NCBI GenBank assembly: GCA_051453625.1
Contig: JBOZIK010000001.1
Coordinates: 30,572,154-30,605,281 of the forward strand
DNA: 33,128 nucleotides
DNA from: Welwitschia mirabilis
Taxonomy: Eukaryota
Direction: 5' to 3'
Below, in pieces: positions 22,138-33,128 of the stretch. The notes beneath the pieces were generated by a model. That model was not told the DNA's origin and did not search any database. It worked only from the letters and a program-made list of their open reading frames with translations. Both the position numbers and the translations under genes were made by a program. Within the stretch, counting starts at the first letter, position 1. The number at the start of each line of letters is the position of its first letter.

Positions 22138-22499
22138 ATGTTCTNNNNNNNNNNNNNNNNNNNNNNNNNNNNNNNNNNNNNNNNNNNNNNNNNNNNNNNN
22201 NNNNNNNNNNNNNNNNNNNNNNNNNNNNNNNNNNNNNNNNNNNNNNNTATATATATATATATATATAAGGTATTCTATCCTGTGATGAAATGTGTTTCCT
22301 TAATATTCTTAATAACGATAATGGACACTCCCCTATTAAAGACTTACCAAGTCAGCTCCTTACCTTATAATCATTACACTTACCTTAAACAATCTAGTAA
22401 ATTGGTAGTCTGAATAAACTTTAAATAAATGACACATTCTTTATTATCTAATCTTAAAATTTATTTTATAGGTAGAGTGAAAGTATTCTTTCCACACTA

Positions 22500-25400
22500 T
22501 CAGGTATCCTAAATAAGTATAGCACTAATTTATGATCATAGTACATTCTTATTCTTTGCTTGTTAACTTGATAGATTACATTTTTATTAGGATCATATAT
22601 TTTTATGGCTCCATTTTCTAGAATTTTTATTATGGCATAGGATCCCAGTCAATTTTATTCATATGTTTATTTTGAATGGATTTTCTTAAGGTCATAGATT
22701 AATACAGAATATCCTATATTAAAATCTGTTTTTCCTAATTCTATTATCATGATATATTTTAGTTTTTTGTTATATAATTATTTTTATGTAAAAGATCTTT
22801 TTTTCTATTTTCATCTAAAATATTCATGTTTTCTATTCATTCTTTCTAAGCTATATCTAAGTTACTTTTTAATTCTTTAGCCAATTTAAATATTTTTATC
22901 CTAAATTCAATTGAACAAATAGCCCTTTTTCCATAGACTAAATCATATGGAGTGAATCTTGTGGTATATTTCTAAGTTATTTTATAAGCCCATAGATCTT
23001 CATTTAACTTATCATTCTAATCTATTTTTTTGTTTTACTATCTATGACATTGATTAATATTCTATTTAATACTCTATCAGTTAATTTAGCTTGGCTATTA
23101 GATAAGGGATGATAGGTAGTAGAAAGTATATCGTGGATTTTGAATTTAATTAAAAGTTTCTTAAGGAATTCACTAGTGAAATGAGTTTCTTTATCGAATA
23201 TGAGACTTCAAGGGGCTCTAAACTAATAGATAATATTTTTAAGGAAAAAGATAACTACACTTGGGGAAGAATAATCGTACACTACCTCAACCTCAGCCCA
23301 TTTAGTGAAGTAATCAACATAGACCAAAGTATATCATTTTTTAAAATACGAGGGATTGATAAGTCTAATAAAATCTATTCCCAAAAAATAAAAATATTCA
23401 ATTATCTAATTTCATTATTTTGGAATTTCTAATCTTTGGCTAAATGAACTTTCTTTTTTATGTTTATCACAACCTTGAATACAAGTATTTTAATCTTTCA
23501 ATATGATGAACTAGTAGTATCCCATATGAAGAATTTCATTCCTATTCTCACTGCATCATAATTGCCTTTTCTTTGTCCTTTATGAGCTTCCTTTAAGATC
23601 TTATCTTATAGGTTTTCCTCTATACATATTCTAATAACATAATCTTTGCATTTTCTAAATAACATCTTATCATGCCAAATATAATCTCTAGATTCTCTTC
23701 TAATCTTTTTCCTTCATAATAACTTATAAAAGATGGTAATATTTTTCTCACAAAAAAGTTGGCTATATTAGCATACCATGGATTTATTTTTACCTAGAAA
23801 AGATGTTCATCTAAAAACTCATTCCTTATGTTTATTTGTTCTTCATCTAAAAATTATAACCTTGAGAGGTAATTGACTATTTTATTTTTGTTCCTTTCTT
23901 ATTAATAATTTTTAAGTCAAACTCCTACATTAATAGTATCCATCTCATAATTCTCGAGTTTATTTCTTTCTTATTTATTAAAAATCTAATAGCACTATAA
24001 TCAGTATAAACTTCCACTTCATAAACTAAAAAATAATTCATGAATTTTTCTAATATCATTACCATTTCTAACAACTCTTTCTTTATTATTATGTAGTTTT
24101 GTTGAGCTAGTTTGAAGTTCGTACTAATCTAGGCAATGGCATAAGGTTTGTTGTCTTCAACTTCTTCCTTCCCCCCCCACCCCAAAATAGCTCCCATAGA
24201 ATGACTAAATATGTTGGTCATAATGTGAAATGATTTTTCTCAATTTGGTCTTTACAAAATAGGTGCTGATAAATGCTTATTCTTAAAGTTTGATAAGCAT
24301 TATAACATTTATTTGTCTAGCCATATTTCACATCCTTTTGTAAAAGGTTACTTAAACATTTTAGCAATTCTACTAAAGTTGGATATATATCTTTTATAAT
24401 ATCCAACATGTCCTAGAAAAGATCTTAATTCTTTTATTTTGGTTGGGGTGAAATACCTTTTATTAAATTTAATTTTTTATTCATTAGTTTTGATCCCTTT
24501 TTGAGATATATTATGTCCTAGCACTATGTCTTCTACAATCATAAGAAAAGTTTTTGACCAGTTAAGTCTAAGGAAGTTTTCTTCACATCTCTCTAAGATG
24601 TTTTCTAGTATATCAAGTGACTCCTCAAAATCATTTTCAAAAGTTAGAAAATCATCCATAAATACTTCAACCGATCTTCCTATCATATCTTAAAAAATGC
24701 TATTTACTAACCTTTGAAAAGTAGTAGGATAATTACATAGTCCAAAGATTAATAACTTATAGTTGTAAATACCCTAATGACAAGTGAAATTTATTTTGTA
24801 ATTTGTTATAACCACTATATCCATCTAGAAAATTTCAGTAATGATGTCTAGATACTCTTTCTAAAACTTGATCTATAAATAGAAGGGAAAAATAATCCTT
24901 GTAAGTTGTAGTATTTAACATTTGAAAGTCTATACATACTCTTCATTTATTTGCTTTCTTTAGCACAACTGTAATAGAACTAATCCATTTTGAATCCATA
25001 GAATAAATTAATCCCACATCTACAAGTTTGAAAATTTATTACTTAATTATTTCTTGCATGTGTGGGTTACATCTTCTTTCTAGTTGTCTACTTAATTTGA
25101 TAAGGTATCTAAATAAATTATACATTCATATATTTTTAGATATATTCTTTTAATATCTGTATGATCTTAAAAAAGGCTTTCTTCCTTTTAATCAACATCC
25201 TTTTAAGTCTTCTTTTCTGAGAATAAGTTAAATAACTGTTTATGATCAGAGATCTATTAGAAGCTACTTTAATATACTCTAGTGCTTTCTTAAGCAGAGG
25301 ATTTTCTATCTCTTGAGCTATCAAATCTTTCTCCTTCTATTTTTTCTCATGTTTTTTAATTTAATATTAGATTAACTTCCTATGTTATAATTACATTGGT

Positions 25401-25850
25401 TCTAGCTTCTGTGTTTTGTACCATTTATTTAACAACCACTGCATCAAAAAGTTTGATCTCTTTTTTAGGATCTTCTAAACTAATGTTTATTATCCCTCTC
25501 TAAGAATAAATAGTAGCATTTTTAGTATCAATCTAAGGTCTTTTTAAAATTACTACATGGATATATCCTTGAGTTTTTATCACTAATGAATCTATCAAGT
25601 AGATAAAACCTTAGAGTTTGATGGGTATATCTTTTGGAACTCCTTCCAGTGTTACTGTTAAGCTATCTGCTAAGTACTCTTTTTCTTTGATAAGGCATTA
25701 ATTTTGGCTTTTCCAATTCTTCATAAGTTTCAAAGGTCATAAAATTGATACTCACTCCAAGAACCATAAGCACTTCTACTTTGAGTTTTTCATCAATTTT
25801 TCTATCACTCATAGGTTTTCTAGGGTCACTATACTTTTCATGTTGTTTAT
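22500..25850 (-). pseudogene. Gypsy pol pseudogene (protease, RT, RNase H, integrase)
   Basis: VLMVLGVSIN (protease, ~25760); WISSITVVLK; FGLCNYPTTFQR; VEVFMDDF..LERCEENFLRLNWSKT..VLGHNISQKGI (RT); RSFLGHVGYYKRYI; EVYTDYSAIRFL (RNase H); PWYANIANF; STTYHPLSNSQA (integrase); LGSYAI..ENGAI..VNKQRIRMY. Confidence 0.92.
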
Positions 25851-25899
25851 TTTAAAGAAATTGCATGAAATCCCAAGAAACTTAATCCTTCCTTACCAT

Positions 25900-27345
25900 T
25901 TCAATTTGTCTTTTCTTCTTTATTTTCTTTTTACTCTTCTACTTTGAATACATGCTCTTCATTTGATTTTAGTATATAGGTACATCTTTAAATAACTTTA
26001 AAAGAGGTAATGATATTTTCATGTCTTTTAAAACTTTTATTAAATATTCTATATCTGTTTCAATTTTTGAAAGTTCTATTTGTTTACTTCTCATTGAAAA
26101 AGGTAAAGGAACCATTAAGACATCATCTACTATTTTTCTTTAAGTATATTCCTCTTCATTCTTTAGAGGGTTTCTTGAATTGGTGTTCTTTTTTTGTGAT
26201 TCATATGTCACCTTATATTTTCCAAATCTAGTAGTTACTACCTTACTTATTACTTCTATAGGGTTTGATTAAGGTTAATTAGGAATTTTTCCTTCTTTTT
26301 TTCTCTATTTTCAATTTTACTCTTATGTTCTTTAAGTTTCTATTTTTTTAAATTTCTATAATAATCATATTATTCTTGCTTTTTTAAAATTTATATACCT
26401 TTGTAAATTCCTTTTTATTTTACCTTTTCATTTTCTACTTTAGTAAGGATATGTTTTCTTTCTGGTTTGAGGTTGCTTTTCTAAATTTAAATTTAATCTA
26501 TTAGTATCTAGCCATTGAACAAATTATTACATCTAAAAACATTCTGTTCTATCATGTTTATATTCTTCATAATGTTTACATGTAGGTTCTTCTTCCTCCT
26601 TAAAGTATTGTATAACTAACTGATCAAATATTTTTACATGCCATTAGTAACTTTTTAAGCTACTTCTTCCATAATACTAATATGTTTTGAGCTATACACA
26701 CTATCATTTACTTCTAGGATACATACTTCATTTACCTTCTTCTTCTTTTTATTTTCCTATCCTCATCCTTAACTCATGTTAAAAAACTAAGTAATGACTT
26801 CTCCCACTTTTTAAACATTCTTTGTTATAATGCTTCTTCTACATAACAAGTCTAGTTTTTTTTAAATTTTGACTCTCTAGTTCTTTAAGTAAAGCTTTCA
26901 CTTATTCCCTAGAGGTGATTCCATGGTTAGGACATTTAGCTAACAATACGTTATACTTGTTTATTAATTCATCCAATCTTTCATTACCTTTTTATTTAAT
27001 ATTTAAGATTTATTTCCTTAAATCTTCAGCCCTCCTCATGGATTGAAATTTGCTAGGAAAGCATTTTTAAGAGTTTCCCATAAACTAATGGCATTATCAC
27101 AGTTAGTATAAAACCATAGTTGAGCATCTCCTTTTAGGAAAAAAGGAAAATATCTTAGAAAGTCAGGCTCTAAGTCAAGATAATTACCTTTACAAAAGAC
27201 ATTAAACAAGCTTAGATGTCATAGGGGTTCTTCTAATTTCTTATCCTCAAAAGTGGGAATTGATGTAATATTTATGTTTCTTAATTTCTATGGTTGTTGC
27301 AAAGCTATAGGATTAATAGGACTAAAATCTTCTATCAAATGGTAT
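25900..27345 (-). pseudogene. Athila-type gag pseudogene (Retrotrans_gag domain ~26900-27270)
   Basis: IPTFEDKKLEEPL*HL..FLRYFPFFLKGDAQLWF..ISLWETLKNAF..AEDLRK*ILNIK*KGNERL..YNVLLAKCPNHGI. Confidence 0.8.
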
Positions 27346-28408
27346 TGTTGCACCACTAATTTTTAATTATTTAATGGTATTTTATGAGCTATTTTGCAAA
27401 ACATTTATATAACTTTAGGTGCAATTCTAAGGATTTTGGAGAACTAAAATAAGATCTTAGAAATATGTCATTATTACCCATATTTGATGCATTTAAGGCA
27501 AATTCTAATACACAGAATCTTGGAAGAAGAATATTAACAAAAAGACTAGTTTCTTGTTTACAAAATAATCAGAGAGGATTGTCATCCTCTTAGACATCCC
27601 CATGATAGGTAGGATGATAACACTATTAGTTGCTGAAATGGATGGCTGAATAACTACCGAGTCATCATTTTGAGTCATCTTTTATATGAGCTATCATCCC
27701 ACCATCCAAATGACACTGATATGTAACCAACTCTGATAGCTAACCCTTGGTCATTTCATTCATTTATTATTTATAAAAGAGCATATTTTTGAAGTGCATT
27801 ATTTTGTCATTTTCTGTTGTGTCTTGTTATAAATAAGTTCCCCTTCAACTCTCCTTCTCATCTTCATTGCATTAGAAATTCTTGTAATAAGAGATCAAAG
27901 GGTGAGAGATCCATCTTGAGTGTTGTAAAAAGAAACTCCTTTGGTGGAGGGTTGTGCATCCTTCATTGAAGCTTGGCTATTTTTTAATCCAGATGTTATT
28001 ACTTTTTTAATATAAAACTCTATTTTTCTTTTATGCATATTAGTTTCTCATATGATCCTTATGGTTTATGTTGCCTTTGATTTGGTAACAATTTATTGGG
28101 TGATATAGATCATGAAGTGCAGCCTTTATTAAGGCTAAAAGGAAGTAGTCTAGGATTATTTGCATTTGCATTTAGATTAAAGTAAATTTTCATTTACATT
28201 GCATATTTATTTTTCTGCATTGTTTCCAGTTCCCATTTTCTTTGCAAAAAGCAATCCAAGCCTCATCGCATAGTCTTCAATGAGAATACAATATTCAAGT
28301 TAACTCCCACTCATACTAGTGTATTGTATTATGTGAGAAATCTATCTTATTTTATGAATGATAGAATCCCTTTGCATATAAACACTTATACAAATACACA
28401 TCACAATA
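27346..28408 (+). repeat. 5' LTR of element 3 (~1060 bp)
   Basis: TGTTG start, 'cacaata' (decayed CAACA) end before the PBS; shares 'atgacactgat..gtaac', 'tataaata', 'gtttatgttgc', 'gtgatatagat.atga', 'actccca' blocks with LTR C. Confidence 0.85.
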
Positions 28409-28411
28409 AAT

Positions 28412-28429
28412 TGGTGCTATTGCTGGGGA
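28412..28429 (+). promoter_or_regulatory. Primer-binding site complementary to tRNA-Asp 3' end
   Basis: 'tggtgctattgctgggga' vs canonical Athila PBS TGGCGCCGTTGCCGGGGA; all 4 differences are transitions at CpG positions. Confidence 0.9.
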
Positions 28430-28899
28430 AGGCTATTAAGGAGTATAAGGATTGTCATTCTTTGGATGAGTATATCAAATTTTCATTCAGTTATTTACCT
28501 TTAGTGATGTTGTATTTTTATTAGAAATCTTAGCTTTTATTTGCATTTTTTTTAGTCTTGATTTTCATTTTTATAAAGTAGTGCCTGTCATCTTCTTCAT
28601 CATCTAGATGATTGGGAGGATGACAACTCTCTTTTTTCTAGTTTTAGATTTTTATTTTGGTTTCTTTTCTTCTTTCATTTTCTATTTTCTGTGTGTTGTC
28701 CCTTGTGTTATCTCCATGATAGTTAATATGACAGTGTCATTTTTTATCTTTTTCCTATTGTTTTTGTTTGTAAGATTCTTTACTATAGTTAATCTTGAGA
28801 AGTGATATCAGAGAGAAAGGTTATTGATAGAGAATAACATAAAAGAAGGACTGGTAGAAAACAAAAATAAATTAGAAAAACACTCTCTAGATGAATAAA

Positions 28900-30593
28900 A
28901 TCCTTCTTCTAAATTTATTTTTTCTGAATCATATTTTCATAACAAAAATCCTATAGAAAGATAGAACTAGTTTACAATGTTAAGCATTGTCCATAAGAAA
29001 AAATAAGTTATAGGATATTCTACCCCTAATGCAAACTTTACCCTTAAGAGAATTGTTAACCAATAAGAAAAGAGAGATTCAAACACCTATTGATCTACTC
29101 CTAGGAGATAATATTAAACTTAAGAATTTAAATTCCTCAACTTTTAGTGAAGAAAATCATGAGGATCTTCTTCAACACATTATAGACATTGAATAACTAA
29201 TCTTTACATCAAGGAATGGGAAGAAAAAAAATCAGTGATAGAATATATATGGTAATAGTTCCTATGACATTAAGAGGTAGAGCAAAACTTTGACTAAAAA
29301 ATAGCCCCACAAAAGCCTACAAACTTTGAATTAAGTCTAAAAAATCTTTTCAAATATATTCTAAGTGAAGAAACTACAAGAAAAAGGAAAAAGGAGGTAA
29401 TAAGCTTTCAACAAAAAAAAAAAAAAGGTTTTGCCTTCACATATGAGCATTTACTTTATAGCATATTACTCTAATCTAGTAGATGCTTTTTCACAAATAA
29501 AACTAGTAGACTAATTTTATAGTGGGATAATACTACACACAAAACAACTGCTAAATTTCTCTTGTGGTAAAAATTTCATGAATCTGACATTAGGAGATGC
29601 CTAGACAAAATTAGAAGAACTCGTGAAAGTTGGTTAAACTTGATCAACGCCTAAAGAAAATTAAACTATAGGCCAACTCATCAAAGATTTAAAAGAAGCT
29701 AAGTAACAAAAAGAGGTAGAATTCAAACCTATAAATGTCATAATATACTTTACAATAACATTGGAGAACTATGTTGAAATAATCTTAGATACCAAATCCA
29801 CAACTAAAAGAAATGATGTGTCAACTTGTGATTATGTAAGGATAATTATCACATCATTAAAAACTATCCTCTTTTACTAACATATAAAGAAAGAATACAT
29901 GAAGAAGTTTTGATTTTAATCAAACATCTCAAAACTTTAGAAATCAAAATTAGACACAACCTAGGTTAAACACTCATTTTAAAAATAGCTCTTAACCTTT
30001 AAAAATTGATTTAAAAATTCTAACTCTCAACTAGAACCATCAAAATTTTAACATCTAAATGATCAACTCATAAACCTTATAGATGAAATTAGAAAATCAA
30101 ATGTCAACATAGAAAACTTAGTGAACATCCTTCAACAAATAATGTTAACAAATAAAAAACCTCAAGGAACATTAGCTACACAACCTCTACCAAATCCTAA
30201 TAAGATGAGAAAAGATTGTAAGGTTTTGATAAGAAGTGGATAAGGAACAAACCTTTCTCTATGTGAACCTTCCACCTCCAAAAATAATTTTAGAAATGAT
30301 ATAGAAAAAGAGGAAGAGGACATTAAAATATTAGAATATTATAACTTCTCCTCTCTTGGTAAAAGAAAAAGAAAAATCCTTCTCAACAAGCCACTCCTTG
30401 GCTTGATAGACTTAATAACAATTCAACTTTTAATGAATATCTTAAAGCCTTGATGAAAAATGTGAGCATCACTTTTACAACAAAATCCAGAGTATTTAAA
30501 ATTATGGAAAGACTTAATAAGATGAAAACAAAAATAAGTCATTCCTAGCAAGTTCTTTCTAGCCCAATCCCTCATGAATTTAATGTTACAAAA
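28900..30593 (+). pseudogene. gag relic, copy 1
   Basis: PQLL/ENHEDLLQHI..VPMTLRGRAKL*LKN..KKEVISFQQ..LV.*FYSGIILHTKQLLNFSCGKNFM; ends at a 100-N gap. Start is approximate. Confidence 0.75.
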
Positions 30594-30693
30594 NNNNNNN
30601 NNNNNNNNNNNNNNNNNNNNNNNNNNNNNNNNNNNNNNNNNNNNNNNNNNNNNNNNNNNNNNNNNNNNNNNNNNNNNNNNNNNNNNNNNNNNN

Positions 30694-32560
30694 TCACCTC
30701 AGGAAATGGGAAGAAAAAAATAATAGACCGAATGTACATGTGAATCTTTCCCATGACTTTAAAAGGTAGGGCAAAACTTTGGATAAAAACTTTACCCAAT
30801 AAAAGCCTAAAAACATGGGGATCAAGTCCAAGAAATATTTATAAAAAGATTCATGAGCAAAGAAATTGTAAGAAAAAGAAAAAGGGAGGTAACAAACTTT
30901 CAACAAAAATCAAATGAAGACTATGCTGCCACATATGAGTTTTTTTTAATAATAGTCCACTCTAATCTAGTAGATGCCTTTTCAAGTATGAAAAAACTAA
31001 ACTACTTTTATAATGAGCTAACTCCACATACAAGACAAGTTGTAAATTTTTTTTGTAGAGGAAACCTCATGAAACTTACTTTAGATTATGGATGAACAAA
31101 ATTAGAAGAACTTGTGGAGGTTAGTAGAACTTGATTAACATTTAAAGAAAATCAAACAATAGGCCAACTCATTAAGGACTTAAAATAGGTGAAGCAATAA
31201 AAGGAGGTAAAAGAAAACCTTATAATTCCTATTAGGGAATTTACAACAACCTTTTAGAAGTATTAAAAAATGATTTTAGCTGCTAAAAATGCAATAGAAA
31301 GAAATGTTATGCAAACATGTGATTTATGTGAGGACAACTATTATGTTACTAAAAGTTATCCTTTTTTACCAACTTACAAAGAGAGGATTTGAGAGGAAGT
31401 TTGTGCTTTTAATCAACCATCTCAAAACTTCCAAAATCAAAATCAGGTACAATCTAAATTAAACACATATTTTCAAAACAATCCTCAACCGTTTAGAAAC
31501 TGATTTAAAAATGCAAACTATCCACCAAGTTTATCAAACTTTTAATATCTAAATGAAAAACTCATAAACCTTACAGATGACCTTAGAAAAATAAATATCG
31601 ACATAGAAAACATGGCAAACATCTTTCAACAAACAATCTTAGCAAACCAAAGACCTTAGGGAGATTTACCTATACAATCTTTACCTAATCCAAATGAACT
31701 AAGAAGAGATTTCAAGGTTGTGACAACAAGTAAACAAGAAATAAACCCTCCTCCATGTGAACCTTCCACCTTCCAAAACAATGAAGAAGAAGAGGAAGAG
31801 GAAATTGAGATTTTAGATGATTACAAATTCCCTTCTCTTGGCAAAAAGAAAAATAAAAATTTTTCTACCCCTTAGCTTGATAAGCTTAACAACAATTCAA
31901 CTTTTAATGATCATTTAAAAGCCTTGATGAAAAATGTAAGCATAAACTTACCATTTAAAAAACTTTTATGAGAAAATCCAGGGTACTCAAAACTATGTAA
32001 AGATTTAATTAGAAGAAAACAAAAAAGAGTTATTTCTAGTAAGGTCTTTCTTGCCCAATCCCTCATGAATTTAATGTTACAAAAATCACCAAAATTTAAA
32101 GATCTAGGAGTAGCTATGGTGAATGTTGCTTTAGAGGGGGAAAAATATTAAAAAAGTTCTAACTGACATTGGAGTGAGTGTTAACATTATTTCACTTCAC
32201 ATTTATAAGAGACTTGATTTAGAGAATAGAATAGAGCCTACTTTGATTGTCTTAGAATTAGTAGATACTTCAGTTAAGAAATTATTAGGCATTATTAAAG
32301 ATTTGAAAATACAAATTGAAAAGGCTTGCTACCTAATAGATGTTATTATCATAGACGTTAAGAATAACGGAGGATACCATTTACTTATAGGATAAGCCTT
32401 TTATGCAACAGCCCATTGCATCATTAATACAAGAGCAAAAATAATGAAATGTCACCTTGAAAATAGAACATTTACAATTAGATTCATTAATGTAGCTGAA
32501 AAAGATTTAGGTGATGACGAAATGAACTTAGAAGATAACATTAAACCAACTTTATTCCTG
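30694..32560 (+). pseudogene. gag relic copy 2 plus aspartic protease
   Basis: IFPMTLKGRAKLWIKTLP..KREVTNFQQKSNEDY..FYNELTPHTRQVVNFFCRGNLM; PKFKDLG..VLTDIGVSVNIISLHIYKRL..LELVDTSVKKLLGIIKDL..LLIG*AFYATAHCII (Athila DLGASVN-type protease). Confidence 0.85.
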
Positions 32561-33128
32561 TAACATCACCACCTTAATAAAGAGAGATGAAATCACATGA
32601 GCCAATGCTTTATGATGATCAACTTGAGATTAAGAATTCAAAATCTAATAATAAATCCAACTTTGAGAATGAAAAAGAACCTTTAGTGTGTAAGGAAGTC
32701 TAACTTTTAGATTCACACCTTGAGAGAGATTGTCCATTACATGAATCAATTAAAATAATAATTTAAATTCAAATCTTAAAAACCTTTCTAATGGGCTTGA
32801 ATATAATGTTCTTTATGATTATCAAAATAAAATGCTTGCAATAAATGAAAATCCTTTACTAGAGTTACCATTAATCTCCTCTTTAACTTCCAAAATATGT
32901 GCTTTAATGTGGTCACATAGAGTATTATCCATTACCCCTCTCTTCATCTAATTAATTTTACTTGGAAATAATTGTACACCTTTTATATTTTATTAATTAG
33001 TAAACTTCTAGTTTGGACCTTATTTCTTTGCACACATTAAGACCACCTAAATAGATCCTTTCTCTTTTCTTTTCTTTTCAATAAAAGTGTTTAGTAGATT
33101 TTTAGGATTTAAGTTTGTTGTTTTTAAT

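Larger units (their letters stand above)
20354..27345 (-). mobile_element. Athila-type Ty3/gypsy element 2 (gag-PR-RT-RH-INT-3' LTR), degenerate, 5' end displaced by insertion of element 3
   Basis: Gypsy domain order on the minus strand, PPT 'aaaacttgggggaa' followed by TGAT...ATCA LTR. No env-like ORF seen in the ~1.4 kb between pol and PPT. Confidence 0.88.
27346..33128 (+). mobile_element. Athila-type Ty3/gypsy element 3 (5' LTR, PBS, gag, protease; no RT seen), inserted in gag of element 2; runs off the window
   Basis: LTR homologous to LTRs A/B/C, tRNA-Asp PBS, gag and aspartic protease relics. Confidence 0.85.

Noticed and set aside
26910-27010. snoR71-like snoRNA on the + strand
   Set aside because: It is simply the antisense of the gag segment (..NERL..LLAKCPNHG), a frequent false annotation in Athila-type elements.

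Overview
This is AT-rich, CpG-depleted eukaryotic (land-plant-type) repeat DNA with six N gaps and no intact gene. It is a nest of old, stop-riddled transposons. (1) The 3' half of a + strand Athila-type Ty3/gypsy element (integrase, env-like extra ORF, PPT, partial 3' LTR; 1-6109). (2) Two inverted LTRs of the same family (6110-7998). (3) A 5'-truncated SIRE/Sirevirus-type Ty1/copia element (pol, env-like ORF, PPTs, 3' LTR; 7999-13905) abutting a Pif1-helicase fragment (13906-14371). (4) A ~500-bp foldback element, a possible multi-exon gene relic containing an RTEX-like LINE fragment, and a higher-order palindromic repeat array. (5) A minus-strand Athila-type element (20354-27345). (6) A third Athila-type element (LTR, tRNA-Asp PBS, gag-protease; 27346 onward) inserted into the gag of (5). 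The most notable signal is a ~200-270-nt non-coding module shared by the two otherwise divergent gypsy elements downstream of pol (1751-1971 +; 21868-22137 -). It folds by hand into a multi-stem, probably pseudoknotted RNA with a GNRA hairpin, a variable-length stem and a compensatory change. All alignments and translations were done by eye; no database searches were run.
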